Origin: Alphaproteobacteria bacterium
Lineage (GTDB): Bacteria > Pseudomonadota > Alphaproteobacteria > RF32 > CAG-239
DNA: 60,725 nt
Direction: 5' to 3'
NCBI GenBank assembly: GCA_045630985.1
Contig: JAZQTW010000058.1
Span: forward strand, 1-60,725
The notes beneath the pieces are model-generated. The model searched no databases. It was not told the DNA's origin and worked only from the letters and a program-made list of their open reading frames with translations. The translations under genes and the position numbers were made by a program. This document shows, one piece after another, positions 18,852 to 28,567 of this stretch; within the stretch, counting starts at the first letter, position 1, and the number at the start of each line of letters is the position of its first letter.

Positions 18852-20078
18852 TTAACCAGCAATCCAGGGTGCAGGATTTATGGGTTGTCTATCTTTTCTA
18901 ATTTCAACATAAAGCTTAGAACCTGCTTGATTTGGCATTGTTCCAACAGGCTCTCCTGTAAGTAACATTTGACCTAATTCACAGTCAATACTACCTAAAC
19001 CAGCTAATAAAGATAAATACCCATCACCATGTTCTACAATAATAAGGTTACCATATCCTTTAAATGGACCAGAAAAAATAACTGTTCCATCATAAGGTGC
19101 GATAACTTGTGCATTGGGGCGAGTTTTATAAACGATTCCTTTAGATGTCACACCATTAGAAATCATTTCGCCATAATCTGTAACTAAAGTTCCTCTAACC
19201 GGTTGAGATAGAGTTCCTTTAGCGCTAGCAAATCTTCCTTTAGATGTTTGCTCTTTAATAGTTTTGTGTGTTTTTGTATCAATAATTTTCTGTTTATTTT
19301 TTTCTTTTTCTAAAGCTAATCTACGCTCCTCTTCCAATTTTTTTCTTGCGATTTCTTTTTGACGCTCAATTTCTTCTAATAGTTCTCTTAAATCTTTTGC
19401 TTTAGAGGTTAAGTTTTCAGCAATTTTTTTTGTTTCAGCACCTTTTTTTTCAACATTAGTTCTTAAGGAGGTTTTCTTTTTTAAGAGGTTTTTCATTTCT
19501 TTTTGCTGTTTTTCTAAGTCAGAAGATTGTTTTTTTGTTAGAGCAACAGTTTCTTCCAACTTTTGTTTTTGTTGATATATATAATCCAAATCTGCTTTTA
19601 ATTTAGAAGAAGTCTTATTTAAATAGGGAATAACTTCTCGTAATAATATAGCGCTTCTTATTATATCAACAGGAGATAAAGGTTGTAAAATTATCGATTC
19701 TGATGGATTTAAAGACATATTTTGTAAAGATGCAACAGTTTGTATAAGAGAATTATTTTCTTTAATAAAATCCGCTTCCTTTATAGATAAATCTCGCGAT
19801 AGTTTACTTTGTTCTTTTTCAGAGTTCGATAATAAATCTTCATTACTTTGAATTTTTTTTGCTAAAGAAATAAGATTTTTATCTATTTTAGATAACTCCA
19901 GATTTAATTGCATTGCTTGAGCTTGTAATTTTTTAGATTCTAATTCTTTTTGTTGAGCCTCTTGCTCTATTTTAATTACATCCTTTTCAGATACATCCCT
20001 AGCATAGCTAATCTTAACGCTTAAATAATTGCTTAAGATTAAAAAATAAGCTATGCTAAGGAACAGTATCTTTTTCAT
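18852..20078 (-). CDS. M23/LytM-domain murein hydrolase activator (EnvC-like)
   Basis: 408 aa. Signal peptide, ~250 aa K/E/Q-rich coiled coil, C-terminal LytM domain (GYGNLIIVEHGDGYLSLLAGL). Confidence 0.8.
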   Translation of the reverse strand: MKKILFLSIAYFLILSNYLSVKISYARDVSEKDVIKIEQEAQQKELESKKLQAQAMQLNLELSKIDKNLISLAKKIQSNEDLLSNSEKEQSKLSRDLSIKEADFIKENNSLIQTVASLQNMSLNPSESIILQPLSPVDIIRSAILLREVIPYLNKTSSKLKADLDYIYQQKQKLEETVALTKKQSSDLEKQQKEMKNLLKKKTSLRTNVEKKGAETKKIAENLTSKAKDLRELLEEIERQKEIARKKLEEERRLALEKEKNKQKIIDTKTHKTIKEQTSKGRFASAKGTLSQPVRGTLVTDYGEMISNGVTSKGIVYKTRPNAQVIAPYDGTVIFSGPFKGYGNLIIVEHGDGYLSLLAGLGSIDCELGQMLLTGEPVGTMPNQAGSKLYVEIRKDRQPINPAPWIAG

Positions 20079-20084
20079 TGTTGC

Positions 20085-21614
20085 CTACGAAATAATTAGA
20101 GAATTACCAGTCATTTCTTCTGGTTTTTCAATATTCATTAAATCTAACAAAGTAGGTGCAATGTCAGCTAAACGTCCATCTTTCATACTTTTAACAGAAG
20201 ATTGAGAATTATATAGAACTGCTTGAACTTTTCCTACTGTATGAGCGGTATAAGGTTCGCCAGTTTTCTCATCAATCATCTTTTCTGCATTACCATGGTC
20301 AGCTGTTACAAGCAATACACCATCTACACTTTTAATAGCTCTCATTACTTGTCCTAAACAATCATCAACGGCTGCTACAGCTTTTAATGCGGCATCCATT
20401 ATACCTGTATGTCCAACCATATCACCATTAGCAAAATTACAAATAATTACATCATATTTTTGTTGTTCAATAGCGTTAGTTAAAGCTTCTGTTACTTCAT
20501 AAACGCTCATTTCTGGTTTAAGATCATAAGTGGCAACCTTAGGGCTATTTATGAGGATTCTTTCTTCTCCTTTAAATTCTTTTTCTTCACCACCGTTGAA
20601 GAAAAATGTAACATGAGCATATTTTTCAGTTTCTGCGATTCTTAACTGAGTTAATCCATGGTTTGCAACAACTTCGCCAAAAATATTAGTTAAAGATTCT
20701 GGTTCAAAAATAGTTTTCATAAAGCGCTTGTGGTCAACAGAATATTCAGTCATACCAACTAGCTCAACAAAATTTACAACTTTCTTTCGTTCAAAACCAT
20801 TAAATTCTTTATCACCCAAAGCATATAATATTTCTCTTGCTCTATCTGCTCTGTAGTTAACCATTAATACAGCGTCACCATCGTTTGCGCCATTATAGTC
20901 GCTAATAACAACTGGAACAACAAATTCATCTGTAACGCTATTTTTATAAGATTCTGCAATAGCTTCAGATGATGTTGCAAAGCGCTTACCTGTCGCAGAA
21001 ACGATATTATTGTATGCTAATTCAACTCTATCCCATCTTTTATCTCTATCCATAGCATAGAAACGACCAGAGATTGTTGCAACTTTTACATTGTTAAGAT
21101 CTTTTATATTGTTTTCAAAATCTTCAACAAAACCAAGAGCAGATTGAGGAGGAGTGTCTCTACCGTCTAAAAATGCATGAACATTAACCTTTATACCATT
21201 TTTGCTCAATATTTTGCAAAGAGCTTCAAAATGTTTTTGGTGAGAGTGTACACCACCAGGAGACATTAAACCCATTAAATGACATGTTCCATTAGATTCT
21301 TTTAATTTTTTCATCATGTCTACTAAAATTGGCATAGTTTCTAATGTATTATTTTTTATAGCTAAATCAATCTTAGGTAAATCTTGCATAACAACTCTAC
21401 CTGCACCAAGGTTTGTGTGGCCAACCTCTGAGTTACCCATTTGTCCTTCTGGTAAACCAACATCATAGCCAGATGTTTCAATTAAACAGTTTGGGCAAGT
21501 ATCTAACAAATAGTGCCAATTAGGTGTGTTACCTTGCTCGATAGCATTGTCTGAAGTTTTTTCTTCTCTGTAACCCCAGCCATCCAAAATTAGTAACATT
21601 ACAGGTTTTTGCAT
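20085..21614 (-). CDS. gpmI: 2,3-bisphosphoglycerate-independent phosphoglycerate mutase
   Basis: 509 aa. LILDGWG, GNSEVGHTNLGAGR, FLDGRDTPP, TADHGNAE. Confidence 0.95.
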   Translation of the reverse strand: MQKPVMLLILDGWGYREEKTSDNAIEQGNTPNWHYLLDTCPNCLIETSGYDVGLPEGQMGNSEVGHTNLGAGRVVMQDLPKIDLAIKNNTLETMPILVDMMKKLKESNGTCHLMGLMSPGGVHSHQKHFEALCKILSKNGIKVNVHAFLDGRDTPPQSALGFVEDFENNIKDLNNVKVATISGRFYAMDRDKRWDRVELAYNNIVSATGKRFATSSEAIAESYKNSVTDEFVVPVVISDYNGANDGDAVLMVNYRADRAREILYALGDKEFNGFERKKVVNFVELVGMTEYSVDHKRFMKTIFEPESLTNIFGEVVANHGLTQLRIAETEKYAHVTFFFNGGEEKEFKGEERILINSPKVATYDLKPEMSVYEVTEALTNAIEQQKYDVIICNFANGDMVGHTGIMDAALKAVAAVDDCLGQVMRAIKSVDGVLLVTADHGNAEKMIDEKTGEPYTAHTVGKVQAVLYNSQSSVKSMKDGRLADIAPTLLDLMNIEKPEEMTGNSLIIS

Positions 21615-21786
21615 TATATTTTACTCCTATTAATTTAATTAATTCCATATACATATAAGCCAATCTAAAACAGAAAGCATTATATTTATCCATATTTTTT
21701 TAGGTTATAAACAACATAACTCTTGTTAAGACAAAAAGATAGTTTTATATTGATATAAAGTTCAATATTGTGGATACAAAAGTTTT

Positions 21787-22884
21787 ATGAAAAAAGAACT
21801 AATATTTGTTTTACTTGTAATACCTTCAATCTGTAATGCAAAGGCATTAACAACTGAATATGCTATAAATATAAATAATTATTACGGATATACGGATTAT
21901 TCCAAACCATATGAACATCTTTATAAAAACAACAATCTGAACACTTCCGTAAATTTGTATGCAAAAACTTCTTATCGATTCGAAAATGACAATACATTTT
22001 CTTTGATTGGTTATATAATGGCAGATTCTAATAAGGAAGTTGAAAATTATAATCAAGGAAAATGGGGCGAAGAATTTTACGGATTACTAGAAACGGGATT
22101 AGGTGAGTTCTCTTTTGGTCAGGTTCAAAATGTAGCGTACAACTTTGCAGTTGGAGCGCCTAATATTGGTAATTTTCGTATAAACAATACAGATTTAGTT
22201 AATTTTATAAATAATCCCAATTGGTATAAAAAAGGAAGTAACACTTCATATAAAACATTAAACTCAACATACTTAAATACAGATGGAGCATCTTTAAAAT
22301 TAAATTATACAACGCCTGATTTTTATGGAGTAACATTAGGTTTTAGTTATGTTCCAGATATATATAGTCAATCAGGTTTGTTATCAAAAAAGGCTGATTA
22401 TAAAAATAAAGATGGGTATGTGTGGGGCGCATATGGTTTTTGGGATGTTTTAGGTTTTGAACTGGAAACATCCTTAGGATTCGCTGAGTATAAAGATATA
22501 GATAAAGAATATTCCGCTGGTGTTAGTTTATATAGAAAAGGATTAACTTTAGGTGCTTCTTATAGAAAGACAAAAGCCAATGAGGATAGTTATGATATAA
22601 ACTCAAATACTTTATATGATGCATACAGAGAAGGGGAGGCCTTTAATGTTGGGTTAAGTTATTCAATAGGTCCTTTTACTACAGGTTTAAGTTATTTCGA
22701 TTCTAAATCAAATATATCAACTAATAGAGATAAAATAATAAGTTTTTCAAATAGTTATGAGTATAATAAAAATATAGCATTTTCATTTACAACTGCATAT
22801 CTCAATAGTGAAGGGGAAGATGATAATGCTATAAAAAATAACAAGGGATATGCTTTTGTTATAGGAATGGAGATAAATCTATGA
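21787..22884 (+). CDS. outer-membrane porin-like beta-barrel protein
   Basis: 365 aa. Signal peptide (VIPSICNA/K). Repeated amphipathic beta-strand pattern rich in Y/G/S/N (LKLNYTTPDFYGVTLGFSYVPD, FNVGLSYSIGPFTTGLSYF). Confidence 0.55.
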   Translation: MKKELIFVLLVIPSICNAKALTTEYAININNYYGYTDYSKPYEHLYKNNNLNTSVNLYAKTSYRFENDNTFSLIGYIMADSNKEVENYNQGKWGEEFYGLLETGLGEFSFGQVQNVAYNFAVGAPNIGNFRINNTDLVNFINNPNWYKKGSNTSYKTLNSTYLNTDGASLKLNYTTPDFYGVTLGFSYVPDIYSQSGLLSKKADYKNKDGYVWGAYGFWDVLGFELETSLGFAEYKDIDKEYSAGVSLYRKGLTLGASYRKTKANEDSYDINSNTLYDAYREGEAFNVGLSYSIGPFTTGLSYFDSKSNISTNRDKIISFSNSYEYNKNIAFSFTTAYLNSEGEDDNAIKNNKGYAFVIGMEINL

Positions 22885-23492
22885 CAGAAATTTGTATTAT
22901 ATCAGATAATTTAATATTTGCAGAAGATTTTGCTCAACAAATAGAAAAAGGTACTTCTTCTTGTAATGTATTCATAAACGAAGTTAGAGAAGATTCTATA
23001 ATTTTTGTTGATGAAGATGAAAAAAAGATGAAACAACTTTATGAAGAAGAAAAAGCTCAATATTTTGTATTTTTTTCTTCAGATAAAGAGTTTGATAAAT
23101 ATGCTGATGTTGTTATCAAAAAGCCATTTATTTTAAAAGATATATTAAAGGGGCTAAATAATAATACATTATTACCCAAAGTTAATCGTAAAGAATGCAT
23201 AAAATTTAAAGAATATAGCCTTTTTCCGATAAAAAAAGAAATAATATCGGCCATTTCAAATAAAACAATTAAACTAACAGAAAGAGAAGTTGATATACTT
23301 AAATATCTTTACCAAAATTCAGATGTAATCTCTACAAAAGAAAGCTTATTAGAAAATGTTTGGGGATATAGCACTGATGTAACAACACATACTATTGAAA
23401 CTCATATTTATAGATTGCGCCAAAAAGTAGAGGAAGAAGGAAGTAGTCAACTTATTATCACAGAAAACAATGGATATAGATTAAATATTTAG
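22881..23492 (+). CDS. orphan OmpR/PhoB-family regulator with an atypical receiver-like N-terminus
   Basis: 203 aa. C-terminal winged helix (LTEREVDILKYLYQN..VISTKESLLENVWGY...THTIETHIYRLRQKVEE...GYRL). In the N-terminal ~95 aa the acidic pair is replaced (IISDN), but a candidate Asp (IIFVDED), FFSS and KKPF are kept. ATGA overlap with the porin gene. Confidence 0.65.
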   Translation: MTEICIISDNLIFAEDFAQQIEKGTSSCNVFINEVREDSIIFVDEDEKKMKQLYEEEKAQYFVFFSSDKEFDKYADVVIKKPFILKDILKGLNNNTLLPKVNRKECIKFKEYSLFPIKKEIISAISNKTIKLTEREVDILKYLYQNSDVISTKESLLENVWGYSTDVTTHTIETHIYRLRQKVEEEGSSQLIITENNGYRLNI

Positions 23493-24497
23493 TTATTTAA
23501 CCAATCCTAAAGGTGTAAATGTAAAACGAATGTTTTTCCATTCATTATATTTTGATCCACTTTGAGCAGATAAAACCTTAAATACACCATGAGCATCTTG
23601 AGCAATATAAATAGCTCTTTCTGCGCTATCTGCTAATGCTTGAAAATATTTATCAGAACGATATCTACGCATATCTTCAATTTTTACATCTTGAATAATT
23701 CCTTCTTTGGTGAGGAATACATTTATAACAACCTCAATATTTCTATCATCTTTTCCGCCAACAGTAGTTTTCCAAGATTCTTGAATTTTAGATTTTACAA
23801 AATCAATACCAGAAATAGATAGTTCGCTAAAGTATGAACCTTTGCTGTTGCCACCTTCGATTCCCATGTTGTTTACAGGCTCATCATAAGGTATTTGTGC
23901 TGGAGCATTTTCTTCACCTATTTGTTTTTGTAAATCGTCAACAGAGTTCATTAAGCTTTGCAGAGGATTCGCATTTTTTACAGTTTTCTTGTTTTTATTT
24001 GTAGAAGAGTTTGTTTGATTTGTTTTCTTAGGTTCAGGATTCTTCTTTTGTTCTGGTTTTTTATTTGGTTTTACCTGAGGTTTTCTTTGAGGAATAGGAG
24101 CAGGTTTTTTCTTTTCTTTTATAGGTTCTTTAGATTCCTTTTTAGGATCTTCCACAGGTGTTTCTATAAGAGAAGGTGATTTTATTTCAACTTCTTCAAC
24201 TTTTTCTGGTTCAGGTTCTTTAGTGTTGTTATTTTTTTGTTGTTGTGGAGTGCTAACAGTGGAAGATACCTCTTTGTTTGGTTCGTCTTTTCGAGTTGCA
24301 ACCTTTCTTTCTTCTCCTCTTACTGCTAACTCAGGGATGTTTGTCATATCAGAAATTTTAACATCATTCAAATCAACAATAATAGGAGGCTGCTCATCAA
24401 ATTCACGTTTATTAGATAAAAATGATATATCAATAACACATAGTAAAACTATGGCTATATGAAATATTATTGAACTATAAACGTATTTTTTTTGCAT
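23493..24497 (-). CDS. tolA: TolA-like envelope protein
   Basis: 334 aa. N-terminal TM, P/K/E-rich linker (KKPAPIPQRKPQVKPNKKPEQKKNPEPKK), TolA/TonB-type C-terminal domain. Follows tolQ-tolR. Confidence 0.6.
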   Translation of the reverse strand: MQKKYVYSSIIFHIAIVLLCVIDISFLSNKREFDEQPPIIVDLNDVKISDMTNIPELAVRGEERKVATRKDEPNKEVSSTVSTPQQQKNNNTKEPEPEKVEEVEIKSPSLIETPVEDPKKESKEPIKEKKKPAPIPQRKPQVKPNKKPEQKKNPEPKKTNQTNSSTNKNKKTVKNANPLQSLMNSVDDLQKQIGEENAPAQIPYDEPVNNMGIEGGNSKGSYFSELSISGIDFVKSKIQESWKTTVGGKDDRNIEVVINVFLTKEGIIQDVKIEDMRRYRSDKYFQALADSAERAIYIAQDAHGVFKVLSAQSGSKYNEWKNIRFTFTPLGLVK

Positions 24498-24513
24498 AAA
24501 CGAGAAAATCCTT

Positions 24514-24936
24514 CTATTTTTTACGTGCTTCTGTTTTTAATCCAACCTTACTAAATCCAGCATCTTTTAATAAAGCCATTAAGCCAATAACACTACCATA
24601 AGAAGACGATGTATCGCCAGAAATTGTTATGGTAACATCCTTATTTTCACCTTTTATAGCAACAATTTTATCAATGATTGTATCAGGAGATATTTCTGAT
24701 TGACCAATATAATAAAGACCATCTTTATCAACACTAATATTTATAGAGGTTTCTTTTCCGTTAAGCGTACCTCCGCCAACTTTAGGCAAATCTAATGGTA
24801 TTCCAGATGTCATTAGTGGTGCTGCTACCATAAATACCACTAATAAAACCATCATTACATCCATTAGGTTTGTCATGTTGATATTTGCATTACGACGACT
24901 ACTGCGTTTTTGGATTCTACCTGTGTACATAGGCAT
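24514..24936 (-). CDS. tolR: TolR (ExbD family)
   Basis: 140 aa. INMTNLMDVMMVLLVVFMV TM followed by an ExbD/TolR periplasmic domain. Sits 2 nt after tolQ. Confidence 0.85.
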   Translation of the reverse strand: MPMYTGRIQKRSSRRNANINMTNLMDVMMVLLVVFMVAAPLMTSGIPLDLPKVGGGTLNGKETSINISVDKDGLYYIGQSEISPDTIIDKIVAIKGENKDVTITISGDTSSSYGSVIGLMALLKDAGFSKVGLKTEARKK

Positions 24937-24938
24937 TT

Positions 24939-25673
24939 TTATTCTCCAGCTAAATCAGCTCTAATTGCTGTATCATCAATTTCACGAGATAAAATACTAG
25001 AAAATTCAGCCATAAAGTTTTCTAATTTTTTAGAATAACGCTCAATATCTGATGTGATAATGTTATAAGCCACGTATGCAGGAATAGCAGCAATTAAACC
25101 GAAAGCGGTGGTAAATAATGCTTCAGCAATACCAGGGGCAATAGATGTTAAAGAGTTGCTTTGTGTTGCCGCAATTGCATTAAAGCAGTCAATAATACCC
25201 CAAACAGTACCAAACAAGCCTACCAAAGGAGCAACAGAGCCTGTCGAAGCTAAGAAACCTAAATTATTATCAAGCTCATCAAGTTCTTTATCCATAGAAA
25301 CCATCATAGATTTTTCGATTCGTTGTTGTAAAGAAACACCTCTAAGACCTCTATCTGTCTTAGATTTCATTATGTTTGTTCTTCTCCACTCTTTCATTGC
25401 TGCAACAAACATTGCAGACATTGGATCTTGTGGGGTACCTATAGAATCATACAATTTATCTAAAGAACCGCCTGACCAAAAACGTTCTTCAAAATTTTTT
25501 GATAGGTTTTTAACTTGACGTAATGTGTTAAATTTTTCAAAAATGATAGCCCAAGACCATACAGACGCAGCAATTAATCCAATCATAACTGCTTTTGTAA
25601 CAAGGTCAGATGACCAAACCATATCCCACATAGAGATTTGGTTAACAACTTCGGTAGCAACTTCTGTTTCCAT
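24939..25673 (-). CDS. tolQ: TolQ (MotA/TolQ/ExbB family)
   Basis: Start set to ATG 25673 (METEVATEV), which has GAGG upstream. The track start is 25712. Three TM helices and the conserved C-terminal core (GSVAPLVGLFGTVWGII, IAPGIAEALFTTAFGL). Confidence 0.9.
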   Translation of the reverse strand: METEVATEVVNQISMWDMVWSSDLVTKAVMIGLIAASVWSWAIIFEKFNTLRQVKNLSKNFEERFWSGGSLDKLYDSIGTPQDPMSAMFVAAMKEWRRTNIMKSKTDRGLRGVSLQQRIEKSMMVSMDKELDELDNNLGFLASTGSVAPLVGLFGTVWGIIDCFNAIAATQSNSLTSIAPGIAEALFTTAFGLIAAIPAYVAYNIITSDIERYSKKLENFMAEFSSILSREIDDTAIRADLAGE

Positions 25674-25752
25674 TTTTTCCTCTTTTTTAATAAAATAAAA
25701 TTTCTTTAGCATACTTCATAACATATAATTATGAAAAAACAACTAATTCAAA

Positions 25753-25785
25753 CAAAAAAAGAAATGTTCTGGGTAGAACATTTCT
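25753..25785 (-). terminator. rho-independent terminator after the 107-aa membrane protein gene
   Basis: On the minus strand, 2 nt after the TAG stop: AGAAATGTTC-TACCCA-GAACATTTCT. This is a perfect 10-bp stem with a 6-nt loop, followed by T7. Confidence 0.8.
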
Positions 25786-25787
25786 CT

Positions 25788-26111
25788 CTATATTAAACTG
25801 TTGATCCATGGGAAAAGCCATGAACAAAACTCTATTACGAGTAACAACAGTAGCAGCACACCGGCAACACCTATCAATATAAGTAGAATATTGCCAATCC
25901 TCTTTCCCACATCACCAAGGGTTAATATGACTACAAGTAGCCAAAAGAACACCTTTCGTAACACTATATTGTGAGCTTCAAGCCACCACAACATATCAGG
26001 AAAGAACCATTTTTCGTGAATTAACCACTTGGTGTCAACCCACATGCACAGTCTTGTTATCAAGAAAGCCAGGATACAAGCCCACGCAAATTTAAATATA
26101 GCCTCCTTCAT
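25788..26111 (-). CDS. hypothetical Trp-rich membrane protein
   Basis: 107 aa. Three hydrophobic segments and 9 Trp. No recognisable motif. Followed by a strong terminator. Confidence 0.45.
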   Translation of the reverse strand: MKEAIFKFAWACILAFLITRLCMWVDTKWLIHEKWFFPDMLWWLEAHNIVLRKVFFWLLVVILTLGDVGKRIGNILLILIGVAGVLLLLLLVIEFCSWLFPWINSLI

Positions 26112-26182
26112 AAAAATTTGTTTTGTCTAATTATATCATATTTTTTGCAAATTTTCAAGTTTTAAAAATAAAAAAGGTCTAA

Positions 26183-26830
26183 TCAAAGACCCTTTTGTTT
26201 TCCATCATCCCATTTTATATGTGAGACACAATCATCACTTTTAGTGTTTTTTATTTTGCATTTATTTACATGAATATCAGGAGAAACATCCAAGTTATAG
26301 CAAATATCACCACCTGTTGTTATATTCTTAACAAGTTCTCCATTTGGTGGGACATTTCTAAATATAAAAGCAAATGACATCTTTGGGTATGCTAAAGATA
26401 ACCCTATAACGTTTATATCTCGGTCTATTTCAGATTTTAGCTTTATAGAAAAACGACATTGTAATCTACCAGCTAAATTCTTAAATATTTTATAGTTACC
26501 CTTAACAAAGCTTAATTTAATATCACTATTCAATGGAGAAAACTCCACAGTGTTTTTTTCTTCTGATACTTCTGACTGAGTGACATAATTTGAATAAGAT
26601 TTAATTGTATCAGCGGCTTCGCTTATAGCATCATCAAATTCAGCAGGTTTACCGATATCTCGTTCATCAGGAGGGAATTCATTAAATAGTTCATTAAACA
26701 ATTCTTCACTATCTTCAACTGTCTTATGTGATGATGGTTTAGGCGTTTCAAGATCATCAAGCACTTGAGCGTAAGATGGTGCACAGACACAACATAGTAA
26801 ATAAAAAACGATTAACCAACAACTTTTCAT
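26183..26830 (-). CDS. hypothetical exported protein
   Basis: 215 aa. Signal peptide (CCVCAPSYA/QV), acidic linker, Cys-containing beta-rich C-terminal domain. No recognisable motif. Confidence 0.5.
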   Translation of the reverse strand: MKSCWLIVFYLLCCVCAPSYAQVLDDLETPKPSSHKTVEDSEELFNELFNEFPPDERDIGKPAEFDDAISEAADTIKSYSNYVTQSEVSEEKNTVEFSPLNSDIKLSFVKGNYKIFKNLAGRLQCRFSIKLKSEIDRDINVIGLSLAYPKMSFAFIFRNVPPNGELVKNITTGGDICYNLDVSPDIHVNKCKIKNTKSDDCVSHIKWDDGKQKGL

Positions 26831-26846
26831 CTAAAAGAACTTTCAA

Positions 26847-27590
26847 TTAGTTGATATCGGCCAAAGTTTTACCAGAAACGCCCATGTTTTCAACAATCTT
26901 ATTAATTACAATATCAATATCTGAGAGCTCTCTGTTTTCAGATTCCCTACCTCTCATTGCTAACTCTGTTGCAGAAATATTTTTGAATTGACCAAAATAT
27001 TCAGGATTACTTGTATCAACAAGTTGGAATAAAGAAGTACAATCTTGAGAAGTAGCAGCAGACATACTATCGGCACTACGTACAATATCACAAGGATTAA
27101 CAGTAAAATTTGCTTCTTTTAATAATAGATAACATTTTTCACTATCAATGTGTGATTTTATAGAAATTTGTGTATCCGCACCAAATGCATTAACCGTTAC
27201 AGCTGTTTTTAGAGGTTTTGTATCAAATTTATTACCTAAAAATTCTTTTTGTTTATTAAGTTCTTCTACACCAATAACAGACTCTACATATTTATCAAAT
27301 TTAAATTCAGATTCAACTTTATCAAGCCAATCTAAGTTAATAGTAAAAGATCTAAAGTTAATAGACGTTCTATTGTATAGAGTTACAAAAAAATCACAAC
27401 CTGTAATTATCCCTTCATTATCAACAGGCTTTATTTCATGAATTTTGAAAATAACAGCATCATCACGTGTGGTTGGTGTTATAGCGCCAGCACCTTTAAT
27501 AGGTGATTTATTTGGGGACACTGCAAATGCTTGAGTTACAACAAGTAAACTAAACATTAAAGCCGTAAAAAAGTTATTGTATTTTCTCAT
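26847..27590 (-). CDS. hypothetical exported protein
   Basis: 247 aa. Signal peptide (VVTQAFA/VS). No recognisable motif. Confidence 0.5.
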   Translation of the reverse strand: MRKYNNFFTALMFSLLVVTQAFAVSPNKSPIKGAGAITPTTRDDAVIFKIHEIKPVDNEGIITGCDFFVTLYNRTSINFRSFTINLDWLDKVESEFKFDKYVESVIGVEELNKQKEFLGNKFDTKPLKTAVTVNAFGADTQISIKSHIDSEKCYLLLKEANFTVNPCDIVRSADSMSAATSQDCTSLFQLVDTSNPEYFGQFKNISATELAMRGRESENRELSDIDIVINKIVENMGVSGKTLADIN

Positions 27591-27685
27591 ATTAAACCTC
27601 TCAAGTTTTTATCTTTGTAGCGATGATACAAAAAAGAGTGTTTAATTTTTATTAATCTAAACAAAATAAATTTAAAAAAAGTGGA

Positions 27686-28477
27686 TTATTCTTTAAATTT
27701 ATTTTTTAAACGTAATAAATCTATCCAAACTTTAGATTTTTGAGAAGCACTTCTTAACAAATAAGAAGGATGGTATGTGGCAACAACTTGAATCTTACAA
27801 TCTTCAGAAATTATATACTCCATCCATTTTCCTCTAGCTCTAGATATAGTATCATCGGATTGCATAACAGACTTAAGAGCAATACCTCCTAGCAAAACTA
27901 TATATTTAGGTTTTACTAACTCAATTTGCCTTAATAAAAAAGGTAAACATATGGCGATCTCTTCATCAGTAGGGGCTCTGTTTCCAGGTGGTCTCCACGG
28001 TAAAACATTGGTTATAAAACAGTCATCTCTTTTTAGTTGAATAGAGTCAAGCATTTTATCTAATAATTTACCACATCGTCCAACAAACGGAGCTCCTAAT
28101 CTATCTTCATCAGCACCAGGAGCTTCACCAATAAACATTATAGTAGCGTTATCACTTCCTTTACCAAAAACAGTTGAGGCAGCAGTATTTTTTAAGTTAC
28201 AACCTTCAAAATTCAGCATAATATTTTTTAATTCAGATAAATTTTGCACGGTAGCACAAATATCTTTCGCATTTTTGGAAGCTGAATATTGTTTTGAGAT
28301 AGCATTTTTTTCTTTTGTAATGACTTTAGTAGAGTTTATTTGTTGGGAATTATTTGTACTTAAAGTATCATTGTTGTCAGTAAGACAAAACGAATCAGAA
28401 CAGGTTTCTGTTACACCTGCTATAATGTACCAATCAAGTAATTCTTGTATATTAATTCGTTTATCTATACTATTCAT
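27686..28477 (-). CDS. uracil-DNA glycosylase, family 4
   Basis: 263 aa. [24 protein letters not shown] and HPSYLLR motifs. ~100-aa N-terminal extension. Confidence 0.85.
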   Translation of the reverse strand: MNSIDKRINIQELLDWYIIAGVTETCSDSFCLTDNNDTLSTNNSQQINSTKVITKEKNAISKQYSASKNAKDICATVQNLSELKNIMLNFEGCNLKNTAASTVFGKGSDNATIMFIGEAPGADEDRLGAPFVGRCGKLLDKMLDSIQLKRDDCFITNVLPWRPPGNRAPTDEEIAICLPFLLRQIELVKPKYIVLLGGIALKSVMQSDDTISRARGKWMEYIISEDCKIQVVATYHPSYLLRSASQKSKVWIDLLRLKNKFKE

Positions 28478-28567
28478 TTATATATATTGCACTTTTTATT
28501 ATGAAATAAAGTAATTATTTACACAAATATAATAAATTTAGTTTAAAGTTAAGCAAAAAATGATAAT

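Noticed and set aside
21768-21778. TGTGGATAC (complement GTATCCACA), an 8-of-9 match to the DnaA box, upstream of the porin gene.
   Set aside because: It is a single isolated near-match with no cluster of boxes. There is no AT-rich unwinding element pattern distinguishable from the AT-rich background, and no dnaA/dnaN/hemE context. It is not evidence for an origin.
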